From positions 8,122,001 through 8,186,000 of the forward strand of contig NC_043004.1 in assembly GCF_006345805.1 (NCBI RefSeq): DNA of 64,000 bases. The letters are read 5' to 3'. Positions within the stretch are counted from its first letter, which is position 1, and every line of letters starts with the position of its first letter. This DNA is from Octopus sinensis. Taxonomy: Eukaryota. This document shows, in pieces, positions 37,726 through 52,620 of the stretch. The notes below the pieces were generated by a model. That model did no database searches. It worked only from the letters and a program-made list of their open reading frames with translations, and was not told the origin of the DNA. Both the position numbers and the translations under genes were made by a program.

Positions 37726-38633
37726 CGAGGAGGTAACCAAAAGTAACCGGAAACGTTCTCTGTATGACAAGCACGTTGTAGTTCAGATTTCCACTGCTAG
37801 AAGCCACTTGATGCGATCCTCAGGCATCAGTCTGCCTACCGGAGTCGTCGAGTGTAGTCGTACTGCCACGTAATGCGTTTTTGTTTTGCAGTGTTTCTCC
37901 CCTGTTCGCCGATGTTTGCGATGGCTGAAACGAACGAACAAAGTGCTTCTGCGAAATTATGTTTTCTGCTGGGGAAAAAGGCTGTCGAAACAGTTGTCAA
38001 GCATCAAACAGCTTACAAGGACGTTGCTATGAGCAAAACACAAGCTTACGAGTGGTTTCTACGCTTTAGGAATGGTCACTTGTCGCCTGGAGACCAACGT
38101 CGTTCAGTACGACCTTCGACTTCCCGAACGAATGAAAACATCATGAGAATTCATGAACTGATTTTGGACGACCATCACCGAACAATTAAGGAACTCGTTG
38201 ATATGACTGGTGTGTCCTAGAATTGCTGGAAACGAATTTTGAACGAGGAATTGTGATTGAAAAGAGTTGCAGCAAAATTTGTGCTTCGTTTGCTCACGGA
38301 ACATGAAAAGCATTGAGGACTGAATGCGTGTCGTGAACCGAAAGAACAGTTGGAGGTTGATCCGGACCCTTTTTTTTTGGAAGGTCATCACTGGTGACGG
38401 AAGCTGGTGCTATGGAATTTTCAGATGTGAAAGAGGTGAAGAAAAAGATGAAGGAGACGGTTGAAGGCATCACTTTGCAAGAATGTCAGTCCTGCTTCGA
38501 ACAGTGGAGAAACGCGTCTAAAGCGATGTCATTGCTGGAGAATACTTTGAAGGTGATAAAAGTGCGAACATGTAAAACTAAGTGAATCAAATAATATTGC
38601 AAAATTCCGGGTTCTTTTGGGTTCCCTCCCTCG
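37726..38633 (+). mobile_element. mariner transposon, internally deleted pseudogene
   Basis: TA|CGAGGAGGTAACCAAAAGTAACCGGAA ... TTCCGGGTTCTTTTGGGTTCCCTCCCTCG|TA; HTH region (AYEWFLRFRNG, RPSTSRT), ITGD motif and C-terminal CFEQW. Confidence 0.85.
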
Positions 38634-38639
38634 TATTAG

Positions 38640-39062
38640 TATCTTTTATCTTTCACTTATTTCAGTCACTGTACTGTGGCCATACTGGAGCATCGCCTTG
38701 AAGGGTTTTAGCCGAACAAATCGACTCCAGTACTTATGTTTATTCCTAAGTCTTGTACGTTATTCTATCGGTCACTTTTATCGAACCGTTAAGTTACGAG
38801 GACGCAATCAAACCAACACTGGTTGTCGTGCGGTGGCGGAGTGTGTGCGACAAAGACTAACAAAAGAAAGACACTCACAGATAGACATATACGCGCGTGT
38901 GTGTGTGCATGACAAGCTTCCGCACAGTTTCGGTCTATCAAATTCTCTGAGAAGGCATTGGTCGGCCCAGGGACATAGTAGAAGACACTTGTCCAAGGTG
39001 TCGTACTTTGAGAACGAACCTGAAATTACATATTTGCAATGCGAACTTCTTAACCACACAGC
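38640..39062 (-). mobile_element. SINE family B (diverged)
   Basis: Reverse-complement body TTTCAGTCACT...GAAGACACTTGTCCAAGGTG...TAACCACACAGCCA. Confidence 0.75.
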
Positions 39063-40462
39063 CATAATCGGACCTATTCTAGTGATTTCTTTAAATTTCG
39101 TCATATTTCAGTCTGCCTCTTATTCCTCTCATAGAGGTAAATGAAACGAATACCAGTAATATGCTGGAGTCGATCGACTACAATAATTCTTTACAAATTT
39201 GAAGTTCTGTGACGAATTTGGAAATCACCATTTATAGAAGAAAAAAGAAACAGCAAGAAATTTTGGGAAGACATTCCTACCATGACAAAAACGAAAGACC
39301 CATAACTGGGAATTTCCCATTTGACTGCGAGAATCCGATATTTCAGCAAGAGATAGGAACCAACCATAACAACATTCAATAATCGACTTTTTGCGGGGTT
39401 CTTTCAATTAATACCGCTCATCGTTTATCGCCCGATTCCCTCCGCTGATTTCTATTATTATATTTTACCTTTCGAAGGCGGCGAGAACTAGCAGAACCGT
39501 TTGGCGTTTTGAACAAAATGTTCTTCAACATTTCTTCTGGTTCTTTACGTTCTTAGTCAAAATTCCAACGAGGTTGGCATTGCCTTTTCTCCTTTCAGGG
39601 ACCATAAATTAAGTGCCTGAGAAGCTATGCAATCCATGGAATCAACTAACCAAATTTGCTGACCGACTGCCAGAAATTTGAAACCGTTAAATTATCTCGC
39701 CTTTCTCCTGTTTTTAAACTTTCATTCTTTCTCTATTAATGCTTTTTTCTTTGTTGTTATCTTCATCATTTACAGATTCAATCTTATTATTCAATTATCG
39801 GTTTCTGCCAGAGGCTGTAGCGATGCTGCCTATTTTCCTTGTAAATTTCATTTTTCTTCTTCCGCTATTTTTAACTTGTTCGTCTATTTACTTCATTCCA
39901 CTTTTCAATTCCTTTATATTTCTGCTTTCAACTTCATATTCACCGACACCATTTCTTTATTCTTCCATTTTTCTTTATTCATATTTAAAAAATTTCCTTC
40001 TACGTAACACTTTCCAAACACATGTTTATATTTTTCCTTACTCCAAATGATATATTTTTCTGTCCCATTTTGACTATTTTACTCCTTCCCATATTGTTCC
40101 GTCTATTTTCTTTATAAATTCTTTCCTTCCTTTCTCATATTTTTGTCACTCGTGTTGATAGAAACCCACTCCCCGAAACTTTTCTTTCTATCAATCTTTC
40201 TGTTTTTCTCAGTTTCATTTAATCGTATCATCACATGTCAGAACCTTCCCAAATGATGCATAATACTATCCTACACGTTTTTTGTTTATAAAAGGACAAA
40301 TTAGATGTTGTAGTCCTTGGTTGAGTCTGTCTGGCGAAATGATTGAGGCTTTAAGATCATTGGATGTCATGGTCATTGGTTGCTGGATCACAGTTGATCG
40401 CAGGGATATTATTACAGCAACAAAGATATGTATAGCTATGAGGTCTCTCTCTCTCTCTCCCC

Positions 40463-40566
<104 letters not shown>

Positions 40567-40654
40567 ATATATATATGTATATATATATATATATATATTA
40601 GAGAGTAAAAGTAGGAAAAATTATATCATAAAAATCACAGAAGAGATACTCTCT

Positions 40655-40871
40655 CTTTACTCTTTATCCTTTTACTTGTTTCAGTCATTTGACTGTGGTC
40701 ATGCTGGAGCACCGCCTTTTAGTCGAGCAAATCGACCCCAAGACTTATTCTTTGTAAGCCTAGTACTTATTCTATCGGCTCTTTTGCCGAACCGCTAAGT
40801 TACGGGGATGTAAACACATCAGCATCAGGTCAAGCGAAGTTGGGGTGACAAACACACACACACACACACAC

Positions 40872-40902
<31 letters not shown>

Positions 40903-41080
40903 CAATATATATATATATATACATATATACGACGGGCTTCTTTCAGTTTCCGTCTACCAAATCCACTCACAAGGCTTTGGTCGGCCCGAGGCTATAGTAG
41001 AAGACCCTGCCCAAGGTTCCACGCAGTGGGACTGAACCCGGAACCATGTGGTTGGTAAGCAAGATACTTACTCCACACCC
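40655..41080 (-). mobile_element. SINE family B, full length
   Basis: Complete reverse-complement match to the family, with internal (CA)n(TA)n. Confidence 0.9.
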
Positions 41081-41761
41081 ACTCCTTCGCCATAATACGT
41101 CCATAATATAAACAATAATGTATTAATAAATATATATATAAAGTATGACTATGATTATTTGAAAAGATTTGAGAGGTCTTACGATCGTTTCATGCTTTTG
41201 CACTTAAGGATTGCATACTGAAGAGAAAAGGAATTATGGGACTTCTGTCTACACACAGCCATTACGGATTATTACAAAGGATTTATATTATTTTTTCAAA
41301 AATTTTAGCCCAGATTTATATCAATACACAACTATACCAATAACGTTTTAAACAACGCCTTTATCGTACGATTTTAAATAGCATATCTTTCATTCGATTA
41401 ACTACACTGAAATTCATCCTTTTCTCTGGCGAGTGGATATACTTGCTAATAATGGTTACCAGCTTTGGATTTCATTTCGAAATAATATATTCACGAAACG
41501 GTCGTAAGATCTCGCAAATCTTTTTAAATGATCATAGTTATACTTTATATATTTATTTATTAACATGATATTATTTATATTATGGACATATAATATCTTC
41601 TGTGATTTTTTTATGTAATTCTTCCTGCTTTTACTTTCTAATATATATTCGCTCTAATTGAATCTCTAAATACTTTCAATGTTTTAGACATTTACCATGT
41701 CAAGAGCACTTACCAGAAATCCATTACACTTTATTGTCAAAAGATATATTTGATTAACTAC

Positions 41762-41847
<86 letters not shown>

Positions 41848-43498
41848 TATATATGTGTGTGTGATATATATGTGTGTGTGATATATATGTGTGTGTGATA
41901 TATATGTGTGTGTGAATGTACCATGTAATGCCTGAGATCTACATTCGTCTAGCCTTGCAGTTAGGATTGAAACATAAACTAAACCTGACAGGTCGGATTG
42001 AGACCATTATTATCAAAGGCCGAAGTAAACGGACAAGGAGTGGGGTGGATGCAATATTTATTAACAAATGAAGAAAGGAAGGACATGTGGCTTTGGTAAA
42101 AGTTTGTGTGCAGAGATACATGGAAAAACATGTCCACACGATATATAAACATTCATGTTAAGTAAGAGTCTTTAATGTGAGAAGAGAGACAGAAACTGTC
42201 CGCATGAATGTCATCAGTTGTCGAGGAAACCAATTTCTGGTAGGAAAATTACATTATTTCAGCTAAAACCTTTCAATTTCGCTCATATTAGAATCAATTC
42301 GGATGAACACGCACGTAAATTTGGAAACCACCCCGCGATAAGTGAAAATCAGCGAAGTAGAGACAGTACTGTACTGTATATATATTTTATAATTTGTATA
42401 TATTTATTTTGTTATAAATGCAAACCAACACATCGAAGGAATCGACGCGAGCTTAAATAATAAACCGCGATAGGTGAACCGCGGTAGGTGAATCGCGATA
42501 TGGCACTTCTTGTATATGGATTCATAAGCTTCTTTTTCATCTAGTGGGACCCTAACTCTGAAAGCAAGTAAGCGATATATATTTTAGGGAATATTTTAAA
42601 GTAAAAAATAATGTCATAATTTTATAGAATTGAACCGGAGCCGGAATAAACACTGCTGCAGACAGGATCCAGCCCACGGTTTTTGTGTTTGATAACCCTA
42701 TTGTAATGCATAAAATGCCATATCTATTGGGTTTATAAATAAAATGTTAACGTCACAAAATGCTCAAGATGCTTATATGTGTGTGTAGTTATTGTTTTAA
42801 CTATACCGGGGAAGAACACATTAACATTTTTGATATTAGACATAAATGTTATTCTGTTGTCTGGGGAGAGTCATTTTCTTTTTGTAACTTACAATGTAAC
42901 ACACTCACCGGTAAAATTTCCACTTATTTCATATTTTTATTCTCCTAAAATTTTCGTTGCGTCTTGCAACCTTTTCAATAGTCTTGACTCTCTTGAGTCA
43001 GAATACGCTTCAACACACGAACTCATATAAAGAATCTTGCATACCAAATCCAAAAACGAAACATAAATGTTAAATATAGCATAATGTAAATAGTTTCATC
43101 CGAAGCATGATCAGGAATGTGCTCAACAAACAGATGAATGCAAGTGGGCCATATGGGGCTATGACAAACTTCATTATAGATTTAGAACAGATTTTAAAAA
43201 AAATTTCGAAAATTCCACGTAACGAAAATGTGTGAAGCGTGTACCTCTGACCAATTGGATGTAGTCTTGACTAAGATCACATTCTCTTCCTCTCTTTATC
43301 TAATAATAAATACCAAGAGATTTTTTTCTCGTGTATTCTTGCGAAAGAAATATTCTACATACACTGAGGCGCCTTACATAATCTGGTAAGCCTTGACATT
43401 CATAAATTCATCACGATATCATTCCTTCTTTAACATGCATACACACATACACACACGACACACACACACATGTATGTGTATATATATATATATATATA

Positions 43499-43555
<57 letters not shown>

Positions 43556-43699
43556 TAGATATATATATATATACATATAATATATATACATATACATGTA
43601 TGTGTGCATATGTACAAATATACACTATACACACGCATAACTACATGTATAATTATTATATTTATGCACATACATGCATGGATACATATATACTTTCAT

Positions 43700-43732
<33 letters not shown>

Positions 43733-46546
43733 CACACACACACATATATATATACACACACATATATATATATATATACACACACACATATATATATCTA
43801 TACATGTATTATGATTATCCTTCCTCTCTACCTTTCATTTCTTTAGAAGTAAACACTTGCCAACTGTTCATTTCCGCTCCACCGAAATTATCAAACGCTA
43901 CTTTGTTTCCCATGGCCACTTGTCCTAATTAACTTGTTGATCCTTTTTACTTAATCGCATGCCACATACTCCTATTAATAGTGTGTGGTATGAGGGGATG
44001 TTAGGTGTTTGCTATTAAAACAACATATTTGGGGTTTTGTTGTTGTTATTGCGTAACCTAAGGTCAACCTTCAAGGAGAAAATCTTTGGACAAAACCATC
44101 AAAGCTACGACCAAGCCGTACTTTTAGGGGTATCCAAGTCTACACGCGATTAATGTCCTGTGTATGTTATTTGAGAGATCTAGCTGTTATGTTTAACTGA
44201 AGAGCGACCACGTTGGGGACCCCTAACTTCACAGTTGTTTTGTGGGAAAAAACCCCATTTGGATGAGAAAACAATAAGATATGGCTGAAAAATGATGATG
44301 TGATGAAAAGGGGTGAAGCAGGCACCAGTTTGTTTCTATAGCAAATCAGATCTACATGGCTACACAGTTTCAGTGGTGCTTATGATAGCGAGATGAAGGA
44401 TTTAAGATCGAATACTTGTCAATCCAGTAAGCTGGAGTAGTGTAGGACTTATATCATTGTGATTATCCGGTTTGCTATAAAACGGACGACATGTTGCACC
44501 TTTTCTCCCGTATGCTTTCCATTGATAGTACTTCTCCAAGCAAACCGTTTTGCTAGTCCCTAAAAATGTAGTTCCTCTGGAGAATTTGGATACGTTCTTG
44601 TAAATCTATATTTGATTTTCTATTTCTATTTCTCGCTGAGTTTTCGATTTTAACTTGTATCTTCTCTCTCTGGATAAGACAGCTGAAACGTCTCACGTCT
44701 TCAAGATCATTGGAATGTGTCACAAGCGAAACCGATGACTTTGCCATGACATTGCCTCATTTTATATTTTCTTTCAATTTATTGAATCAATAGTTCCGAT
44801 ACTGACAACCACCATTCTATTTCAGCTCAAATGATTAATTACTCTAGTCATAGTTTTGAAAAGTCACTAATCGTCCAATTTTCTAAATACATTAATAATG
44901 AAATGCTTAAACATACATAATGGATAAGACCAGTCGTGCTAGAGTTGATTTAAAATGACTGTCTTCACACTCAGTTGAAATCAATAATTAAACTTGATTA
45001 CAAATCGATAAGTTTACAAACTTAAGCAATCGCATTCTCCCATGAAAATAAAAATAATTATAACTTTTAAATGTTGATTGTCTCCGGTGGTTGGTAATTG
45101 AGGTAAGAAACCTTGATAATATTTGCGAAATACAACACATATGAGCCAATTCTTCAACTTTTAGCAAACAAAGATTCTGTGCCTTGTTCCCACTATATTT
45201 TTATGGCGAGACAAAAAAATGTCTATTACTGCTTCTGTTGCTCATAACGAATTTTTATTCAGCCCTGCGGTTAACTGTGACATCGGTGATTTTTCAATCA
45301 CTATTTCACTCGGTCAGTAGTAGTTGTTTTTCTTTTGGCATGCGGATGCCAGTGGATACTTGCTCCTACCGAAGCTCAAAGGAGCAAAAATACGTATTTA
45401 GCAATGCCACCACCACAGCTGGATGACTTTCATGAGCTACACATATATTTCTGCGTTTTTAACACCGTACGCCTATAAGAGACGCTTTTCTCGAGACATT
45501 CCTCACTTTTGAAGGCGTTTAACGATGCATATGCTTTAGATATGATACACAGAATGCTTTTTCTTAAGTATATTTCATTTTATTTATCATAAGCAGTTAT
45601 TCAAAACAACAGTGTCAAAGACGTTACACCTTGCCCACCCCATCGGTTTCCCAGACACAGTGCATCTATGTCTTCATAAACTAACAGGTGGGAAATTTGG
45701 TTTCTATTTTTAACCGCTCAAACAATCTTACAGAGGCTTCCTCGTTGGCTCGAAATAAACTTTTATTGTTACCAACTGCAAAGCGGAAACAACTGGGTGG
45801 TATATACCACTTGCATGCGTAGAATGCATTGCGGTTATACAATGAAAGTGCATCGCCTTTGACATTCAGTCTAACATCTCTGTACAATTACGGCTGCCAT
45901 ATTTTCAACATTAAGAATGCTGGGCGAATTCGGCAGAGTTCTTGCCTGTCTTAAAGTGTATCATAACAACACATATGGAAATAGAATTCACACACAAAAC
46001 ATACACTTCGGCTCGTGCATGCCAACGCATTTCATACAGACACACACACACAGATGTACATAACACAACGTATATGCACACAGACATACGCACGCCTATA
46101 TTTATACATGAGTGACATTTAGCTGCCCTCTTACTCTTTAAGTATGAATCCATAATATATATATAATATGCAACTCTCTCCCTCCCCACCACACCACACA
46201 CACACACATACGTATTCTACAATTACATCCCCAATTCACGTCATTCTACCGATACGTACGTGGTGTTCTTACTAAGACATTCTTGAGAAGAGGATTTTAC
46301 TGAGAACGGCGTAAAACTCTCACCTGGGTGTTCTACTATTATCCAACTCTCAGACTAAGCGGTATTCGTTGCTTGCATCGCTCTGTATAAGAATGAAAGA
46401 CATGTAGAAAGAAAATAACAAATAATTAGATAAACAAATCAACTATAAGACTAAAGAATTCACTGGCAGTCGTTATTTGTCTTTAGTTGCGAAGTTTGGT
46501 ATCTATAAGTAACTTGTTCATGGATAGAATATCAATACTGTGGGTA

Positions 46547-46600
<54 letters not shown>

Positions 46601-46621
46601 GTAATAGTAATAATAATAGAT

Positions 46622-47163
46622 GCTAGGCAGTGACTCTCATGGCTTCTCATCTTAACTGATTGGAAGTGTTATCATGTACATTGTTTTGTCTTGGTATAAA
46701 AGATGGGCTACAGCAAATAATCTGCTCAATACCACAGATTTGCTTGTCACTTGTTTGACCTTAACCAGTTGACCATGTCCCTTAGTGGCTGACAATATGT
46801 GCATCTCTGATCATGAGCAGAAGTAGTGGGGAACATCATAGCCATATGTTGAGAGGGATTCTCTGGGGTTTGAATAGTTCACCTCTGGAAACATGGGTGG
46901 TTCGTTCAACATACTTAAGCAACCCTTATTCAGAGACCTTCTGAGCGGGAAGGTCTATTCGACCTGAAGAAAATTGTAACTGGGCCCCACCTGCAATGTC
47001 ATGCGTTGTTAATCTTGATATGAGATCACCATGTCACACACATATGGTTGTGATGCATGTGCCGGATGTACCCTTATCAGACAGGTAGCCATGATGGGTA
47101 TACTGGGCTTCGTATATTTTACCCAAATGTCACTTTGAGGGCATGCACTGCTCTCTCACTCAA
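46622..47163 (+). mobile_element. About 540-bp putative interspersed element between (AAT)n and a (GAT)n(AAT)n tail
   Basis: Sharp boundaries with simple repeats on both sides, suggesting a retroposon 3' end; single copy here, so its repetitive nature is inferred. Confidence 0.4.
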
Positions 47164-47170
47164 TGATGAT

Positions 47171-47205
<35 letters not shown>

Positions 47206-49291
47206 AATGATAATAATAATAATGATAATAATAATAATAATAAAGATGATTACGACGACGACGACGACGACGACGACGATGATGATGACGTTTTCTTTAT
47301 TAACCACCAAGGGCCCTCAAAAAGGAAAGCCAAGTTCGGTACAGATCGAAATAACTCGATAAAACTCTAATGTAAAATTTCCATCGACCACATTGTCTGA
47401 CTGGCAGAGGGTTGCGCACGTCTAATGACATTCTAGATGCCAAGCTTCCTATCTTGGTCTTTGCTTGACCCAGGACTACAGCTCTATCAAAAGGAGAACA
47501 GTGGGGAATGTGTACGACAAACAATAATCACACCGTTTTACCATCAAGGAAATACTGCGGCCTCAGTGTATACCTGTGCGTCACAGAATGCCCACTCATC
47601 GGATATTTGAGAAGTGACCAAAAGCGAGTGACCAATGGACTGCGTACCCGCCACAGAAAACGAAAGTGAAAATTCTCCAGTTTGTTCATACATGAAATGG
47701 ACAGAAACATGACAATTAGGAGGAAGAAGATGACTCATGCGATGTGGATGTTTGAAAGGAAGTGAGCTGCATGCGAAGGGAGAGAGCGAGAGAGAGAGAG
47801 AATCAATAACATCTTACAGAATATTCTTTTGATTTGACCCCAATTCTCAAGATTTCTCATCAAAGGCTCGTTGTGGATCTTTACCTTTTGACCGACAGAT
47901 TTAAAAAATAACTTTTTGTAACTAAACACTTTCAAACTTCAGACACTGGTAGAATGTGTCATATAAAACATCTTTTACTCTTAGCGTTTTTACTCTTATA
48001 TTTCGGAAGTTATTTCACATTAAAGTTCTCGTATTTCGGTAATTTCAACCAATCAATGACCTGTATTCAGCTGAATAAAGTTACTACCGTTGTTTGTCAA
48101 CCACAACTATCGGCGGTGTATTTTTCGATTTTAAATCCATTCGTTCGATTACCATCGTGAACTACGTTCTGTCCTTCAGTAAAGCACTTCATTCCGCGTT
48201 GCACCACTATCAGCTTAAAATTAGTACCAACAGTAATTGGGGGTTAACTCTTCAAAGAATGGGGATCATTCGACACTCAATTTCCCACTACTGTTAGGTT
48301 ATCTTGTTAGTTCAAGTTGCCCCACTGATTGGTCTCAATTGTTTGTTTCTGTGGTAAAATCAAAAATCATTATTATTAGAACCGTTGATTGCAGAATTAG
48401 CAGAACGCGGGAAATTTCGTTAAGATGCATTGTTACACGTTTAAGTTTTAACTTCGAACATTTTGAATTCAGAATTTGAATTGTGCAGATAGACGTTGAA
48501 ACATTATTCTTGCCGGTCGAGACACATGTTAAGCACCAAGGTATGTTTTTTGTCTTAATTTCTATGCACAGGAATGCGAAGAATGGATCTGCTTTTGGTT
48601 CCTAACTTCGAAATTGCAATAGATGAATAACCATTTATTTAAATTTAGAATTTCTATGTCATATCACTCGCCAACAGCTTTTATAGTTGAGGAGATATAA
48701 TATGAGTGGTTGTAGGGGCCTTATAGGTTTTGACTGCTATTTCTAGGCATGTAAGGGGGGGGGTAACCTTCTCCGCTATAATTGTGATTTATTCACAATT
48801 ATACACTCTTCTTTTAGAAAAAGTTTTTTGCGTGTTCTGGCCACTGATATATTCGTAAATAATTTTGAATTGCTTACGATATATCCTGCGTAATGTATTT
48901 TGATAGTCATTCCTCTTTAATATATATATATATATATATATTTTTTAAAATTTATTTTTTAATAAATATTATTTAACTCTATTTGCTTATTTATCTAACT
49001 ATTATTGTTAACCTGAAAATTGACTAATTTTAAATTGAATTCATTTCGATTAAATTTAAATATAATTGTAATTCGAATTTAATTATAGCCATGAAACGTA
49101 CGTAGTTTTTTTTACTTATTATATATTGATTATTCATTTTCTACTTTTTGTGATCTAGTTATATGTTTTATAAAAATATTTTATTTGTTATTTATGTATT
49201 TCTTTACTACCCATTTATGAATGGTTTATGTCTATCATTATTTGAATTGCATAATAGTGGTTTTTATCTCTAATATATATGTTATATATAT

Positions 49292-49355
<64 letters not shown>

Positions 49356-50164
49356 ATATATAATTGTGGTGTGAGATTGGTGAAGTAAGCATTATTTAAA
49401 ACTAGGTGAAACTAATTCCTTTTCCCTCACCAGGAAGCACTTCGAATACAACACTATGCTTGCACAAGGTGACCTGATATCATTTACAGACAAATCTTCC
49501 CAAATCACATCCTGTTGTCTTATAGAAGATAAGATAATGTAGTGATGATAACTCGCCATATCCACGGTGAACAGCAAGAATCAAGACCATGAAATGCATG
49601 CTTATTCTTAATACGTTCCGGCAGATTTGAACGTTAATTTGCTAATCGCTGTTGTTTCGTCACAAGAAAACAGTTTCTTTTCGGTGAATATCTGTTCATA
49701 ACTCGATTCGTCTGCGCAAGATTCTCTGGGACGGACGATGTTATGACATTGTTGTTTTTCGTCATCTCGGGCCAATAAATCGAACGAGATTTGATGTCCT
49801 CGTTTAAAAATTCAGCGAGCAAACTGACCGCTGATCCGTGCCGATATCCGACAACTGATTATTAATAATATAGCCCTGGATATACATAAAAAAAAAGACG
49901 GATGGTCGCGCCCTGGAACGTCTTTGATTATAGACCTGCTCAGTCAGGACAGCAGCAACAACAACAACAACGCATTGGGTATCGGATTAGATCTGATCGC
50001 CAAGAAATATAATCTCTGTGAATAGCGGACGGGCGTAAACATAAGTCAAGATGACACGATAGAATCGACTCAATAAGAAGCAGCCGTGAAGTATCATCGT
50101 TCTACCAGATTGCAAAACGCAATAGTAGCCTGGTAACCGAATTTAAGAGAAGTCTGCCTGGCTA

Positions 50165-50242
<78 letters not shown>

Positions 50243-50673
50243 TCGCATGCAGCTCACTTCCTTTCATTCTCTACTCTCTCTCATGCGCTTCTTCCTATAC
50301 CGTTCTTTCCCTCGTGCACAGTGCTTGCACGCATGCAACCACACACACACACATACACACACGCATATACACACGTACATACACACACGTACGTATAATT
50401 ATATCTATGTTTGTGTAACATGAGCGTATATATATATATATGTGTGTGTGTGTGTGGTGTGTGTGTGTGTGTGTCTGTATGTCTATTTATAAGCATATGA
50501 GTGCCTTTATGATCGTTCTATTATATATACATGAGAGCGCGCGCGACGTGTAAACTTAAAGAAAGTCTAAATCTTGCAGACGCCCACCTATAATGTAGCC
50601 ATTTTCCCTTTCATCCCACATCTCGGCATTTTCTACCCGCTTTATCTCTTTGCTTTTTTTCTTACCTCTTCTT

Positions 50674-50772
<99 letters not shown>

Positions 50773-51429
50773 ATTTGTGTGTGTGTGAGTGTGTATGTAC
50801 CAACAACAATACTTCGTAACGGTAATTCCTAATTCGTTATTGCGTCAAACTATCAAACAGCCACACACAAATAAACCAGGAATTTGTAGAAACGTAACTC
50901 CACCTTTCTCTCTCTCTCTCTCCCTCTCTCTCTCTTTCCCTCTCTGTTTCTCTCTCTCTACTTCTCTTTCTCTCCCTCTTTCTCTCTCTCCCTCTTCCTC
51001 TCTCCCCCTGTCTCTCTTTTACGCTTCCTCTCTGTTGCACGTTCGCCAATTAGTTTCACCTTCTTTTGCCGCCACCTCACTTTGTTCCCCATGTCACTTA
51101 GTCTCTCTTTCCCCCTTCTCTCTCGCTCCCCCACTCTTTTGTTCTTTCTCTCTTTCTCTCCTCCTCCTCCTCTCCTCTACTTCGTTCTCGCTCCACCACC
51201 ACCAATATCCAACTGCTTCAAGACCTTAACCCCTTCTTTTACTTTCTTGTTCTTCGCCTCATCTCCTCTGATATTCTTTTCTCTTTCTCACCACGGCACT
51301 CTCTCTCTCATTCTCTCGGTCTCTCTATCTCTCTGGCCCTCAGTTTCCTTCTCTCTCTCTTCCTCTTTCTTTCCCTCTCTCTCTCTCTCTCTCTCTCCCT
51401 CTCGCTCAATGTATATAGCTTTTTTTTTT

Positions 51430-51658
51430 ACTTATTTCCGTCATTAGACTGCGGCCATGCTGGGGCACAGCCTTGAAGAAATTTTTTAGCCAGATGAATC
51501 GACCCCAGGACTTTTTCTTAAGTCTGGTACTTATTCTATCGATCTCTTTTGCCGAACTGCCGACTTACGGCGGCGTAAACACACCAGCAACGGTTATCAA
51601 GCAATGGCGGGAAGACACAGACACACATGCAAACACACACATACACACACACACCACA

Positions 51659-51705
<47 letters not shown>

Positions 51706-51870
51706 CGAGGGCTTCTTTCAGTTTCCGTCTGCTAACTTCACTCACAAGGCTTTGGTTGACTTTAGGTTATAGCAGAAAACACTTGCCCATGGTGCCACGC
51801 AATGGGACTGAACCCGGAACCATGTGACTGGAAAGCAAACTTCTCACTCCCTAGTCACACCTGCGTCTAT
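51430..51870 (-). mobile_element. SINE family B (diverged)
   Basis: Reverse-complement family body and head. Confidence 0.8.
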
Positions 51871-52097
51871 GCACACACACACACATGTCCACACTTGAAA
51901 ACTGGTATTTAAGAAAGACCAATGCTGCAAGAATTCCATCTACTTAATACAATGGTTCGATACAGAATGGTACAGAAACAATTGCAACCAATATTTAAAC
52001 TTATGCTACATGGCAATGTTCATCTTTTTCCTTCTCTCTCTCTCTCTATATATATATATAATATATTATATATATATATATATATATACATACATAC

Positions 52098-52585
52098 ATT
52101 GTGGTCGTCTACTCCTTATACAGAGTTTGACCATCTCCTGCACCTACACCTTAGCACCATCGTGGTGTCTGATGTGACTTCTTAAACCAGACAATGTTCT
52201 GAAAAGACACCCACATAGATTGCACTTCTGATGTGGACCACCAATACTTGCTGATAAGTTCAGCTCTTCGTAGATCTTAACATGTCTTTTGAGGCCTCCG
52301 TTGGATTTGCAAACCTGGCATACACTGCATTCAAAGGTGTGCACAGACATATAGTCAGAATAGTTGGTGGAGGTCCGTTTTCCATGCGTTCGCAGATGAG
52401 ATTTGGGGCCCGCTAAAGACAGGCACAGTTTGTCACGGACTGTGCACACAAAAACGTCATTTTCATTCACCTTGTCGATCGTTAAATTCTTCCTTTTGAG
52501 TCTTACTTGCGTTATCCTGGCTTCTTCAAATGCTTTCACTCCACTCCACAACTTTGTTCGCCATCCAACTCAATCCGAAGCAGGG
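52098..52585 (-). mobile_element. RTE-clade LINE 3' end with three C2H2-type finger repeats
   Basis: WRTKLWSGVKAFEEAR...KRK, then CTVR-X12-HLRTH, CSVC-X11-HVKIY, CNLC-X12-HIRHH, stop and short 3' UTR ending at (ATGT)n. Confidence 0.65.
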
Positions 52586-52620
52586 GTTTCTACACACACA
52601 CACACACATATATATATATA

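Noticed and set aside
49634-49822. Host exon in the CpG-rich unique stretch
   Set aside because: Short ORF with no recognisable domain or clear splice sites; noted only as part of the inverted-repeat finding.
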